The notes: generated by a model not told the origin, from the letters alone. Positions 9,345 through 18,879 are shown, numbered from the stretch's first letter. The stretch: DNA of 51,096 nucleotides from an uncultured Mycobacterium sp. (GCA_964397355.1 CAYNJD010000001.1:1-51096); one strand, 5' to 3'. Numbers and translations are program-made.

Positions 9345-9767
9345 TCAGGCGTTGATGGCCCGCTCGCCGTGACTGCTGGCGATCTTGATGCGCCGCGGCT
9401 TGGCCTTCTCGGCGACCGGGATGGTCAACCGCAGCACCCCGTCTTGGTAACTGGCCTGGATCTGGTCGGCGTCGAGATTGTCGCCGAGGAACAGTTGGCG
9501 GCTGAACACGCCCCGCGGTCGCTCCGCTGACACCATCTCGCGGTTCTGATCCAGCCCGGCGCGCTCGGCGTGCACGGTCAGCACGTTGCGTTCCACGTCG
9601 AGATCCAGCGACTCCTCCTTCACCCCCGGCAGGTCGAACTCGACGATGAACTGGTCTCCGTCGCGCCAGGCGTCCATGGGCATCACCGCCGGCCGTGCCG
9701 CGGTGCCCAGCACCTGCTGGGTCCAGCGGTCGAGATCACGGAACGGGTCGGTACGCATCAACATCAT
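9345..9767 (-). CDS. Hsp20/alpha-crystallin small heat-shock protein (18 kDa antigen-like)
   Basis: [39 protein letters not shown]; AAGGAGG SD. Confidence 0.93.
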   Translation of the reverse strand: MMLMRTDPFRDLDRWTQQVLGTAARPAVMPMDAWRDGDQFIVEFDLPGVKEESLDLDVERNVLTVHAERAGLDQNREMVSAERPRGVFSRQLFLGDNLDADQIQASYQDGVLRLTIPVAEKAKPRRIKIASSHGERAINA

Positions 9768-9794
9768 CTCCACCTCCTTGATTTGCGGCAGATC

Positions 9795-9816
9795 ATCTGT
9801 GTCAACCGTCATAGAT
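9795..9816. promoter_or_regulatory. Putative MerR/HspR-like operator
   Basis: ATCTGTG-N8-CATAGAT dyad in the AT-rich hsp20/merR spacer. Confidence 0.45.
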
Positions 9817-9895
9817 TTCTATATAGCGCTAGTGGTAGGTTCGTGCAAGAGTCTTTGACTGACGAGTGGGAGCGACGCGCGTGGTGGCCGAGGAG

Positions 9896-10297
9896 ATGAA
9901 TGCCCGATCCGGGCGAGGGGTATACAGCATCTCGGTGGCTGCCGAGCTGACCGGGATCGGTCAACAGACCCTGCGGCTCTACGAGCGGCGCGGTCTGCTG
10001 ACCCCGGAACGCACCGCCGGCGGGACTCGTCGCTACAGCGATGAGGACCTCGCGCGACTGCAGCGGATCATCGAGTTGGTCGGCAGCGGGATCAACGTGG
10101 CCGGGGTCGGCGAGATCCTCGGCTTGGAAGCCCGCAACGCCCGGCTGGAGTCCGCCAACAATCGGCTGGAGTCCGACAACGACCGGCTACGGTCCGACAA
10201 CAGCCAGCTGAAATCGGCGAACGCCCAGCTGTCCGCGGCCACCCGTGCTGATGGGCCCGCCAACGGCACCCGAAACCGCAGATCTGCAGGAAAGTAA
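9896..10297 (+). CDS. MerR/HspR-like transcriptional regulator
   Basis: YSISVAAELTG, TLRLYERRGL, RTAGGTRRYS; coiled-coil tail; divergent from hsp20. Confidence 0.9.
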   Translation: MNARSGRGVYSISVAAELTGIGQQTLRLYERRGLLTPERTAGGTRRYSDEDLARLQRIIELVGSGINVAGVGEILGLEARNARLESANNRLESDNDRLRSDNSQLKSANAQLSAATRADGPANGTRNRRSAGK

Positions 10298-10305
10298 CGA
10301 ACACG

Positions 10306-10512
10306 ATGACCCACGCCGACGGACCGCCGACCGACGAGGTCCCCGAAGCAGATCTCGTCGACCAGCAGATCGATGCCGACACCACCGACGAGGAGGGCCT
10401 CAACCCCGCACAGCTGGAAAATGCCGCCGACGTCGAAGCCGACCCGGCCGACCTGATCGACCAGGCGATCAGTGTGCCACTCCCCAGCGAGGATTACGAC
10501 GTCGAGCAGTGA
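10306..10512 (+). CDS. Small very acidic protein
   Basis: Internal repeat EADLVDQ / EADPADLIDQ; D/E-rich. Confidence 0.6.
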   Translation: MTHADGPPTDEVPEADLVDQQIDADTTDEEGLNPAQLENAADVEADPADLIDQAISVPLPSEDYDVEQ

Positions 10513-10513
10513 G

Positions 10514-10723
10514 TCAGCCGGGGCAGCCGCGCTGCTCGGTGCCGCGCCGCCGATGGCTGGTGTCGCACAGCGGGTAGTTGCGGCTGCGCCCGCAGGCACA
10601 GACGGCGACCATGAACCGATCCGATTCGACGACGCCGTCGGGGGTTTCGATGCGCACCGGTCCGGCGATCAGCACCGGGCCGTTGCGGACGGCCTGTACC
10701 AGTCGGGGCTGCTGTTCGGTCAT
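10514..10723 (-). CDS. CDGSH-type iron-sulfur protein
   Basis: NGPVLI...CACGRSRNYPLCDTSH; ATGA overlap with the methyltransferase. Confidence 0.88.
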   Translation of the reverse strand: MTEQQPRLVQAVRNGPVLIAGPVRIETPDGVVESDRFMVAVCACGRSRNYPLCDTSHRRRGTEQRGCPG

Positions 10724-11415
10724 GGCTTGTCCGCCCGGATCACCACCAGCTGTTCTTCCCGGCAACCGCGCGGCATCCGCCCGGTCCGTTCCAGCCAGCC
10801 GGCGCGTGCCGAGAGCACCGGGCCGAACGGGATCCACCGGGAAGCCGCGATATCGGCCCGCAACCCGCTGTCCCGCAATACTTTCAGGGACCGACCGACG
10901 TCTGCGAGCACCGACTGCACCAGCAGCAGCGAACCGCCGCTTCGCAGCAACTGGGGCGCCGCACGGCACAGCGGGTCGAGGATGATCCGGCCGTCGACGC
11001 CGCCGTTCCACGACCACTCCGGGCCGCCCGCCGCCGGGATCGCACCGCCGCGGCGCGGACTGGGCACGTAAGGCGGGTTCGACACCACCAGGTCGAACGG
11101 CTCGCAGGCCAGCGCACCGGTCCACGGGCCGTGCCGGACCTCGACGTCGACGCCGGCGGCACGCGCGTTGTCGCGCGAGCACCGTACCGCCCGCGGGCAG
11201 ATGTCGAACGCGGTGACACTGTCAGCGCCCAGCTCGGCCGCGGTGATCGCCACCACGCCCGACCCGGTGCACAGATCGAGCACCCGATGCCGTTCGGCCA
11301 GGCCAGTCGTCTCCATGGCCTCGACCAGCAGGTGCGAATCCTGCTGCGGCGCATAGACGCCGACGGGCGTCAGCAACTCGTTCCTGGTTGCGCACGTCAC
11401 GGTGATGGGATTCAC
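10720..11415 (-). CDS. HemK2/MTQ2-like SAM methyltransferase
   Basis: GVYAPQQDS, VLDLCTGSG, SNPPY. Confidence 0.88.
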   Translation of the reverse strand: MNPITVTCATRNELLTPVGVYAPQQDSHLLVEAMETTGLAERHRVLDLCTGSGVVAITAAELGADSVTAFDICPRAVRCSRDNARAAGVDVEVRHGPWTGALACEPFDLVVSNPPYVPSPRRGGAIPAAGGPEWSWNGGVDGRIILDPLCRAAPQLLRSGGSLLLVQSVLADVGRSLKVLRDSGLRADIAASRWIPFGPVLSARAGWLERTGRMPRGCREEQLVVIRADKP

Positions 11416-11425
11416 GTAGCCGGTT

Positions 11426-11450
11426 TACCCGGCCGGACCGGCCGGCAAAC
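11426..11450 (-). promoter_or_regulatory. SigF promoter (hemK2-CDGSH)
   Basis: GTTT-N16-GGGTA, start codon 10 nt downstream. Confidence 0.8.
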
Positions 11451-11498
11451 GCCTTCGGCCGACGCGCTGCCGGCGTGCCGAGGGCAGCCCGGTCAGGC

Positions 11499-13319
11499 TC
11501 ATTCGTCGCTCTTGTCGCGCAGGTCGCGCACCGTCTGCTTGGCCGATTCGGTGAACTCGTGCATCTTCTGCTTGGCGCTCTTGGTGGTGATGCTGACCCG
11601 ATCCGGGTCCTTGATCATCGCCTTGGCGGTGTTCTTGGCGATCTCCATGCGGATCTGCGGCGGAACCGGTGCGATATCGGGGTCGACGACCACCTCGAGC
11701 ACCACCGGGCCGGACGCCGCCAGTGCCTGCTCCCAGGCGTGCCCGATGTCCTCGGGGTCATCGCAGCGGATCCCGGTCAGCCCGAGCAGCTTGGCGAACT
11801 CGGCATACGGCACGTCCGGAATACGCTGGGAGCCCTCGAATTTCGGTTCCCCGCCCATCGCGCGCTGCTCGAAGGTGACCTGGTTGAGGTCCTGGTTGTT
11901 GAACACGCAGAAGATCAACGGCCCCTTGGACAGCCGCTCCCTGTACCGCTTGACGGTGATCATCTCGGCCATGCCGTTCATCTGGAACACCCCGTCGCCG
12001 ACCATGGCGATCACCGGGCGGCCGGGGTGGGCCAGCTTGGCCGCGATCGCATACGGCGTGCCGGGCCCCATGGTGGCCAGGTTGCCGGCCAACGAGGCGG
12101 CCATGCCGGGCCGCAGCCGCAGATGCCGGGCCCACCAGTTGGCCACCGAGCCGGCGTCGGTGGTCAAAACGGCGTTGTCGGGCAGCCGCTTGGACAGCTC
12201 GTGGACCACCAGTTCGGGGTTGAGCGGGTTGGCCTTGTCGTGGGCCCGCTTGTCGAGCACCCGCCACCACTCCGCGACCTCGCCTTCGATCTTCTTGCGC
12301 CAGGACCGGTCCTCTTTGCGCTTGAGCAGCGGAATCAGTTCCTGCAGCGTGTCTTTGGAGTCGCCGATCAGGTTGGCGTCCATCGGATAGCGCACCCCGA
12401 TCATCCGGCCGTCGTGGTTGATCTCCACGCCGCGGCACTGGCCCTCCTCAGGCAGCCACTCGGCATACGGGAAGCTGGACCCGATCATGAACAGCGTGTC
12501 GGCGTTCGACATCATCGCCTCGCTGGCCGTGGAACCCAGCAGCCCGATCGGGCCGGTGACGAACGGCAGGTCGTCGGGCAGCGACGCGCGCCCCAACGAG
12601 GTCTTGGCCACCCCGGCGCCGAGCAACTCTGCCACCTGGACCACTTCGTCGGAGGCGTCGGCGGCACCGGCGCCGACCAGGATCGCCACCTTCTCGGCAT
12701 CGTTGAGGATGTCGGCGGCCTTGCGCAGTTCGGGTTGCTCCGGCACCATCCGCGACCGGGACCAGCCCACGCTGCTGTAGACCGCCCCGTGCACCCGCGG
12801 CGGTGACGGCACGGCATCGGCCTCGGCGACGTCCTCGGGCAGGATGATGGTGGCCACCGTCCGGTTGGTCAGCGCCACCTTGCAGGCCCGGTCCACCAGA
12901 TGGCGCGCCTGCTCGGGCGCCATACAGGTCTGCACGAAGTCCGACGAGACGTCCTTGTACAGCGAGTTGGGGTCGATCTCCTGCTGGAATGCCGCGCCCA
13001 GCGACATCCGCTTCTGCTGCCCGACGATCGCGACCACCGGCTGGTGGTCGAGTTTGGCGTCGTAGAGCCCGTTGAGCAGGTGGATCGCTCCGCCGCCGGA
13101 GGTGGCCAGGCAGCAGCCGAGCTCACCGGTGAATTTGGCATGGCCGGTGGCCATGAACGCCGCCATCTCCTCGTGGCGGGGCTGGATCAGCTCCGGATCG
13201 CCGCCAGCACGATCCAAGGCGCCCAGCATGGACAGAATGCCGTCGCCCGGATAGCCGAAGATCCGGTGCACCCCCCATTGCTGGAGCCGTTCCAGAATGA
13301 AATCCGCGGTTTTCGGCAT
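11499..13319 (-). CDS. Thiamine-pyrophosphate enzyme (pyruvate oxidase/dehydrogenase PoxB-like)
   Basis: FGYPGDG, RHEEMAAF, GDGVFQM...NN TPP motif. Confidence 0.9.
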   Translation of the reverse strand: MPKTADFILERLQQWGVHRIFGYPGDGILSMLGALDRAGGDPELIQPRHEEMAAFMATGHAKFTGELGCCLATSGGGAIHLLNGLYDAKLDHQPVVAIVGQQKRMSLGAAFQQEIDPNSLYKDVSSDFVQTCMAPEQARHLVDRACKVALTNRTVATIILPEDVAEADAVPSPPRVHGAVYSSVGWSRSRMVPEQPELRKAADILNDAEKVAILVGAGAADASDEVVQVAELLGAGVAKTSLGRASLPDDLPFVTGPIGLLGSTASEAMMSNADTLFMIGSSFPYAEWLPEEGQCRGVEINHDGRMIGVRYPMDANLIGDSKDTLQELIPLLKRKEDRSWRKKIEGEVAEWWRVLDKRAHDKANPLNPELVVHELSKRLPDNAVLTTDAGSVANWWARHLRLRPGMAASLAGNLATMGPGTPYAIAAKLAHPGRPVIAMVGDGVFQMNGMAEMITVKRYRERLSKGPLIFCVFNNQDLNQVTFEQRAMGGEPKFEGSQRIPDVPYAEFAKLLGLTGIRCDDPEDIGHAWEQALAASGPVVLEVVVDPDIAPVPPQIRMEIAKNTAKAMIKDPDRVSITTKSAKQKMHEFTESAKQTVRDLRDKSDE

Positions 13320-13349
13320 TGCCTGCTCCCTTCGGTCTCGGCAGTCGGT

Positions 13350-13373
13350 TACCCGCCACCGGCTTTGTCAAAC
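13350..13373 (-). promoter_or_regulatory. SigF promoter (TPP enzyme)
   Basis: GTTT-N15-GGGTA; the -35 overlaps the udgX end. Confidence 0.8.
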
Positions 13374-14048
13374 GGCGTGGTGGACCGCGCCTCCGGCCAC
13401 CGCATCGCGGGCCAGTCGCAGGTCGTCGACGAACGCCTGATAGGCCTCGGCGTGGCGCTCACTGCGGTCCCGCAACACCGCCGAGGGATGCACGGTGGCC
13501 AACAGCTGCGGCCGGCAGCGCAACTGTGCCGCTGCGGGCGAAGCCAGCAGCTCGCCGCGGCGCGTGGAGATGCGAAACGACGTGCCCAGCAGTGACTGTG
13601 CGGCGGTAGCGCCCAGGCAGACCACCAGTTGCGGTCGCACCGCGTCGATCTCGGCGATCAGCCACGGCCGGCACGCGACCACCTCGGTGCGGCCGGGCTT
13701 CTGGTGGATCCGGCGCTTACCCTCCCGGCGGGTGAACTTGAAATGCTTGACCGCGTTGGTCGCATACACCGATTCCGGGTCGATGCCCGCGTCGCGCAAT
13801 GCGCGGTCGAGCAGCCGTCCCGCCGGGCCGACGAACGGGTGGCCCTGCCGGTCCTCCTGATCACCGGGCTGCTCGCCCACCAGCATCAGCGGCGCACCGC
13901 GGCGGCCCTCCCCGAACACGCTCTGGGTGGCGTTCTGGTACAGCGGGCAGCCGCGGCAGCCGGCGGCGGCCGCACGCAGCGCGGCCAGCGAGCGCCGCCG
14001 GGGCAGATACCGCTGCGCACCAGGAGCTTTCGTTGCTGCCGAACTCAC
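13368..14048 (-). CDS. udgX: UdgX family-4 uracil-DNA glycosylase (covalent uracil-DNA binder)
   Basis: CRGC Fe-S motif, GEQPG, KRRIH R-loop diagnostic of UdgX, HPSA; GTG 14048 overlaps the upstream TGA. Confidence 0.9.
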   Translation of the reverse strand: MSSAATKAPGAQRYLPRRRSLAALRAAAAGCRGCPLYQNATQSVFGEGRRGAPLMLVGEQPGDQEDRQGHPFVGPAGRLLDRALRDAGIDPESVYATNAVKHFKFTRREGKRRIHQKPGRTEVVACRPWLIAEIDAVRPQLVVCLGATAAQSLLGTSFRISTRRGELLASPAAAQLRCRPQLLATVHPSAVLRDRSERHAEAYQAFVDDLRLARDAVAGGAVHHAV

Positions 14049-14326
14049 GCCGCCAACTCCGGTGCGATCTCGGACTCCCAGAAAGCGAAGAACTGCTCCT
14101 GGCCCGGTCCGATCTGCTGGACGTAGACCGGCAGCGTGCACGCCTGCGACAGCGCGCCCATCACCGACCACACGAACGCGCTGTGGCCCTGGCTGTCGGT
14201 CCACGGGTGGAAGTGATCGGAGATCCAGAGCCGCTCGAAGCCGGCGCGCTGCGCCCGGACCGCCTGGCGGACCAGTTCATCGGGACCGAACTCCTCACAG
14301 GACAACGCGTAACCCAGGGTTGTCAT
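14045..14326 (-). pseudogene. Internally deleted F420-dependent LLM oxidoreductase (G6PDH-like), 93 aa in frame
   Basis: N-terminal LSCEEFGP...ISDHFHPW...FVWSVMGAL joined directly to C-terminal YVQQIGPGQEQFF; the family is normally about 320 aa. Confidence 0.8.
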
Positions 14327-14336
14327 GAGGCAGGCA

Positions 14337-14360
14337 TACCCGTCGTGACGGCGGCTAATC
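14337..14360 (-). promoter_or_regulatory. SigF-type promoter (LLM remnant-udgX)
   Basis: GATT-N15-GGGTA, ATG 10 nt downstream. Confidence 0.7.
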
Positions 14361-14668
14361 GTGGTTCGCGGTTCCCGTCGAGGGGTGGCCCGACCGACGG
14401 GTTCCCAACCCGGAGATGGGCGGCAGTCCACTTTGCTGGAGCCGTCACCGCACGTCTCACAGCGCCTACCCGCGATCCCGGGCCGCGAAACCCGGCAGTT
14501 GCGCCGTGTGACGAAATTGTGGATAGTTACGCCAAGCTCGGGCGTTCAGAAAGCAGCGCCGGTCGGGACCGTCCGGGCATTTGCTCCTGCGATTCCAGAC
14601 CGCGGTTCGTCCGTCGGCCGTTGGAAGATCAGCCCATAATTTGGTGGGCTACGAAAGGCAGGTATGCG

Positions 14669-15337
14669 GTGGTCGGGGACGTCAACGCTCAGCCGGTAGC
14701 GCCACCGGACAACCTCGTCGATGAGCACAGCGACCTCGACCTGGTTGTCGGTGACGGCGAACCGCAACGGGTCGGCCGGTTCCGGTACTGGCTGGGCGAG
14801 CAGCGCTGGGAGTGGTCGGACACCGTGACCCAGATGCACGGCTACGAGCCCGGCGAGGTCGAACCCAACACGGATCTGCTGCTGCAGCACAAGCACCCCG
14901 AAGACCGCGCGCAGGTCGCCGAGGTGCTCGAGCGGGTCATCGAGGGCGAGCCGTTTTCCAGCCGGCACCGGATCATCGACACCCGCGGGCAGGTGCACTG
15001 GGTGATCGTGGTCGGTGACCGCATGCTCGACGACGAGGGAATAGTCACCGGCACGGCCGGCTTCTACGTCGACGTCACCGACGTAGTGCAGGCCGACGTC
15101 AGCGCCGCGGTTTCCGAGGTAGCGCAGTCACGGGCGGTGATCGAACAGGCCAAGGGCGTGCTGATGGTCGCCTACGGCATCTCCCCCGAGCGTGCGTTCG
15201 ACATCCTGGTATGGCGTTCCCAGGAGACCAACGTCAAGGTGCGCGACCTGGCGGCCCGCTTCCTGGCCTCCTTCACCGGCAGGTTGCCCACCGAGGTGCT
15301 CTCCGATTTGGACCACACCCTGCTGACCGTGACATAA
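14669..15337 (+). CDS. PAS + ANTAR domain RNA-binding regulator
   Basis: WEWSD...HKHPEDR (PAS); IEQAKGVLM...AFDILVWRSQETNVK (ANTAR); start approximate. Confidence 0.88.
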   Translation: MVGDVNAQPVAPPDNLVDEHSDLDLVVGDGEPQRVGRFRYWLGEQRWEWSDTVTQMHGYEPGEVEPNTDLLLQHKHPEDRAQVAEVLERVIEGEPFSSRHRIIDTRGQVHWVIVVGDRMLDDEGIVTGTAGFYVDVTDVVQADVSAAVSEVAQSRAVIEQAKGVLMVAYGISPERAFDILVWRSQETNVKVRDLAARFLASFTGRLPTEVLSDLDHTLLTVT

Positions 15338-15485
15338 CGCCTGAGCGGATCGGACCACGCCGGACACGGTTGCCGGCACGGCCCGGTGGGTAGCCACCTG
15401 AAGGTGGTGAGTGCGATGACGGGGCGCCCGGTTCAAGCTTTGTCGGGCTGGACGCAGTGGCCCGCAGCCGTTTCCCGCAGGCGAG

Positions 15486-15732
15486 ATGACTGCGTTGGCT
15501 AGAACACCGAGGCGGCTCACGGTCTCCGCGCGCCAAGCGGCCGGGCACAGTCACCATCGCGGTGCAGGACTCCAATGCGGCCCCGGCAGTCCTCCGCGAA
15601 GCCGACATCGGAGGCGGCGCCCCATCTTCCGGGCTGACCGTGGTCAACACGCTGTGCCGGGCTTGGGGCAGCAGCCCGGCCGCGAGCGGCAAGACGGTGT
15701 GGGCGGTGGTCGGACCGGAGAACCGGCTTTAG
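15486..15732 (+). pseudogene. Remnant of a STAS-HATPase (anti-sigma-type) gene: about 20 N-terminal codons joined out of frame to a HATPase C-terminus
   Basis: ATG 15486 reads MTALARTPRRLTVSAR; a different frame, 15544-15732, reads GTVTIAVQDSN...SGLTVVNTLCRAWGSSPAASGKTVWAVVGPENRL* with no own start. Confidence 0.75.
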
Positions 15733-15761
15733 GCTGGGCCAGACCCGGATATGTCCGTCCT

Positions 15762-16502
15762 TCACCGACCGGAGCCCTGCCGGCCCACCAGCTGTTGCGC
15801 CACGCCGGCCAGTGGGGTGTTGGTGTCCTGCGAGAGCCGCTTGAGCAACTCGAAGGCCTGCACAGCATCGATGTCGAATCGCTCCATGAGCATTCCCTTG
15901 GCCTGGCCGATGACGTCACGGGAGGCCAATGCGCTACGGAACTGGTCATCGCGGCGGACCATGTGCAGGGCCAGCGCAGCGTGGGTGGCCAGGATCAGGC
16001 CGAGTTCCACCGCCTCGTCGTCGAAAGCGTGGGCGGATTCGGCGTAGAAGTTCAGCGCTCCGGTGGTCTCCTCACCGGTGAACAACTCGAACGCCAGGAT
16101 GGACCGGATCGGTGTTGTCTCCGCGACCTCCCGGCAGTAGGAGGGCCAGCGCTGTTCGCCGCAGACGTCATCCATCCGAACCTGATGGTGCTTCCACGCC
16201 GCAGCCAGGCACGGCCCCTGCTGCAACCGCCGCTGAATGTCGTCGAGCACGCCCGGGCAGTCTCCGGTCGCCGCCAGCGTGCGCACATCACCCGCCGTCG
16301 TCGCGAGCGTGACACCGGCGTACTGAGCACAGGGCATGTAACCGAGCAGATTGGCGATCAACTCCTCGAGCGCACCGTTGGCGTCTAGGCGCGCACGGTG
16401 ATCCAGCGTGTCAACCAACTCCGCCACGCCGCGCATCATGTCGCTGCGGTCCGCCACCGCCATGTCTTCGCTCCGCCCAGAGCCGCCGTCCGATGCATTC
16501 AT
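15762..16502 (-). CDS. GAF + ANTAR domain regulator
   Basis: QGPCLAA, RWPSY, GALNFYA (GAF); LASRDVIGQAKGMLMERF...AFELLKRLSQ (ANTAR). Confidence 0.9.
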   Translation of the reverse strand: MNASDGGSGRSEDMAVADRSDMMRGVAELVDTLDHRARLDANGALEELIANLLGYMPCAQYAGVTLATTAGDVRTLAATGDCPGVLDDIQRRLQQGPCLAAAWKHHQVRMDDVCGEQRWPSYCREVAETTPIRSILAFELFTGEETTGALNFYAESAHAFDDEAVELGLILATHAALALHMVRRDDQFRSALASRDVIGQAKGMLMERFDIDAVQAFELLKRLSQDTNTPLAGVAQQLVGRQGSGR

Positions 16503-16620
16503 GCTCCTCTCTCCAGCCAGCAGCGGCAACCGCCTTCGTCGTCACGCTATTTGCCCGGACAAGACCCAAGGATCTGCCAAATGCCTTTCAGGAATTACAT
16601 ATTCGGCTGGCGCGTCGTCT

Positions 16621-17841
16621 TCAGCCCAACGCCCGAACCGTGACACGGGTGGGCGTCACCGCAGGCAGCAGCCGGTCGTATACCCGCAGTGTGTCGGTGG
16701 CGATGCGGTCCCAGGAGTACCGGGAGCGGGCCCGCTCACGGCCCGCGGCACCCAGCGACATGGCCGCGCGACGGTCCCGCAGGATGGCGTTGACGGCATT
16801 TGCACAGGCGCGTGGGTCCTTGGGCGGGACCATAAGCCCGGTCACGTCGTGCACAACGGTGTCGAGCATGCCCCCCACCGCGGACGCCACCACCGGAACC
16901 CCGCACGCCATCGCCTCGAGCGGCACGATACCGAACGGCTCGTACCAGGGGGTGCAGGCAACCACGTCGGCCGAACGCAGCAACGCGGGCATGTCCTCGC
17001 GCGCTACCGAGCCGTACAGCGACACCCGGTCCGCCACACCGAGATCAGCAGCCAGCTGCCGCAGCCGGCAGGCCTCCGGAACATTGTCGAGCTCAGCGCA
17101 GTCCGGCCCGCCTGCGATCACCAGCTCGGCGGTCGGGACGGTGGTCAGTGCCTCGATCACGGTATCGAATCCCTTGCGTGGCACGAACCGTCCGACGGCG
17201 ACGATGCGCCGTCGCCCCGACCGGGGAGCCGCCGGACCGTGCGGTGTGAACCGGTCCACGTCGACACCGCAGGGCACCAACGAGATCCGCAGCCGATCCG
17301 GGCCGAGCCGCATCAGCTCGAACACCTCGTCGCTACAGCTGGCCGTCACCCAGGTCGCCTCCCGAGCGACCACACCCTCCAGCCGCAACCGTTCGGCCGG
17401 GCTGGTGTCACGGTGTCCCTGGTGCCGCCGCTTGACCACGCCCAGCCCATGGAAGGTCTGCACGGCCGGCACCCGGTGGCGTTTGGCGGCCACCTGGGTG
17501 GCGATCCCCGACATCCAGAAGTGCGCATGTGCGATGTCGGGCCACTCGCCGTCCCACTGCTCGGCCAGGAAATGACCGAACTCCCCCATGTACTCCAGCA
17601 GTTCGTCCTTGGGCGCCCGGCGTGCCGGGCCCGCCGGCACGTGCACCACCGTGTAACCCTGGCCGGTGCGCACCCGCTCGGGCAGGTCGGGGTCGTCACG
17701 GCGGGTATAGACTTCAAGGTCATGGCCGCGGCGGCTCAACGCCGCCGACAGCTCGGCGACGTGGACGTTCTGGCCGCCGGCATCGGCCCCGCCCAGCGCG
17801 GCGAGCGGGCTGGCATGTTCGGAAACCATGGCGATCTTCAC
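16621..17841 (-). CDS. GT4 glycosyltransferase (MshA-like fold)
   Basis: [38 protein letters not shown]. Confidence 0.9.
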   Translation of the reverse strand: MKIAMVSEHASPLAALGGADAGGQNVHVAELSAALSRRGHDLEVYTRRDDPDLPERVRTGQGYTVVHVPAGPARRAPKDELLEYMGEFGHFLAEQWDGEWPDIAHAHFWMSGIATQVAAKRHRVPAVQTFHGLGVVKRRHQGHRDTSPAERLRLEGVVAREATWVTASCSDEVFELMRLGPDRLRISLVPCGVDVDRFTPHGPAAPRSGRRRIVAVGRFVPRKGFDTVIEALTTVPTAELVIAGGPDCAELDNVPEACRLRQLAADLGVADRVSLYGSVAREDMPALLRSADVVACTPWYEPFGIVPLEAMACGVPVVASAVGGMLDTVVHDVTGLMVPPKDPRACANAVNAILRDRRAAMSLGAAGRERARSRYSWDRIATDTLRVYDRLLPAVTPTRVTVRALG

Positions 17842-18845
17842 GACGATCCCTTCCTGGCGGGCCCTGCCGCGCACTGGGTTTCGATGACCTCGTCCCACTC
17901 CCGCAGGAAGCGGTCAAGCCCGAAGTGCTCCGTCGCGTAGTCCCGGGCGGCCTTGCCGACCACCTCGGCCAGATAGCGGTCGGCAACCAATCCGCGCACC
18001 GCGGCCCGCAGCGTGTCGACGTCGGCGCTGACCACACCCGCCTCGGGCGGCACCACCAGCGGTGCCATCGTCGAGGCGACCGCCACCACCGGCATGCCCA
18101 GGAACATCGCCTCCAGCAGCGACGGCCCCAGCGAGGTCCAGCGCGCGGTGTGCAGGTAGACGCGCCGATGCGCCAGTTCCTTCAGCAACGGCCCGGTCGG
18201 CAGGTCGCCGTGGGCGGTCACCCCGCGGCAGCGGTTCGCCGGGTCGTTGAGGTCTTCGGTGCCGATCCCCCACACGTCGACCGGCGCGGAGCGCCCGAAC
18301 GCGCTCAGCAGGTCCGCGCCCACGGTGCGCCACCGTCGCAACGGTTCGTTGATCAGTGCCCCCGCGGCCGCGACGTCACCGGTGTACAGGTGACCCGGGT
18401 CGGCGATCCCGTGGTTGATGACGGTGGTCGGGGCGCGACCGTTGTCCCACATCAACCGGTTGAAGTCGGTGACGTGGATCAGCGGGATGTCATCGCGGTC
18501 GGCGATCGGGTGCCGACTCTCCACGACGAACGGTCGCGGGGTGTTGTGCTCGACGTAAACCGCCGGAACGTCGATACCGGGCCGCCGGCCCAATAGCCGC
18601 GCGGCCAGCTCCAACTCGTGCGGCCGCTGCAGCACCACCAGGTCGACGTCTTCGTCGCGCAACGCGCCCAGCGGCACCTCCCGCGCAGCCGGCCAGTCGC
18701 GGCCGCACAACCCGCGGCCATCGGGATCATGTGGGGCGTCGACAGGCACAAGGTAGCGGTGTCCGCCGGCAACGAAGGAGTCCATCCATGAGCCGTGCAC
18801 GTGCCACACGAGCACCGAACGCCGGGTGGTCTGCGCGAACGCCAT
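17838..18845 (-). CDS. GT4 glycosyltransferase
   Basis: [24 protein letters not shown]; GTGA coupling to the next gene. Confidence 0.85.
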   Translation of the reverse strand: MAFAQTTRRSVLVWHVHGSWMDSFVAGGHRYLVPVDAPHDPDGRGLCGRDWPAAREVPLGALRDEDVDLVVLQRPHELELAARLLGRRPGIDVPAVYVEHNTPRPFVVESRHPIADRDDIPLIHVTDFNRLMWDNGRAPTTVINHGIADPGHLYTGDVAAAGALINEPLRRWRTVGADLLSAFGRSAPVDVWGIGTEDLNDPANRCRGVTAHGDLPTGPLLKELAHRRVYLHTARWTSLGPSLLEAMFLGMPVVAVASTMAPLVVPPEAGVVSADVDTLRAAVRGLVADRYLAEVVGKAARDYATEHFGLDRFLREWDEVIETQCAAGPARKGSS

Positions 18846-18855
18846 AACCGGTTGT

Positions 18856-18879
18856 TACCCGCGGCAGCCGGCGCTAAAC
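18856..18879 (-). promoter_or_regulatory. SigF promoter (GT4 pair)
   Basis: GTTT-N15-GGGTA, ATG 10 nt downstream. Confidence 0.8.

Noticed and set aside
10130-10230. CGGCTGGAGTCCG-CAA repeats in the MerR gene
   Set aside because: They are 21-bp heptad repeats of a coiled coil (RLESANN/RLESDND/RLRSDNS), explained by the protein
11429-11445. CCGGCCGG-A-CCGGCCGG palindrome in a promoter spacer
   Set aside because: Low-complexity GC sequence with no second copy; likely chance
16621-17841. Calling this gene mshA
   Set aside because: It shares GT4 motifs but sits in a GT pair with a SigF promoter; a paralogue is more likely
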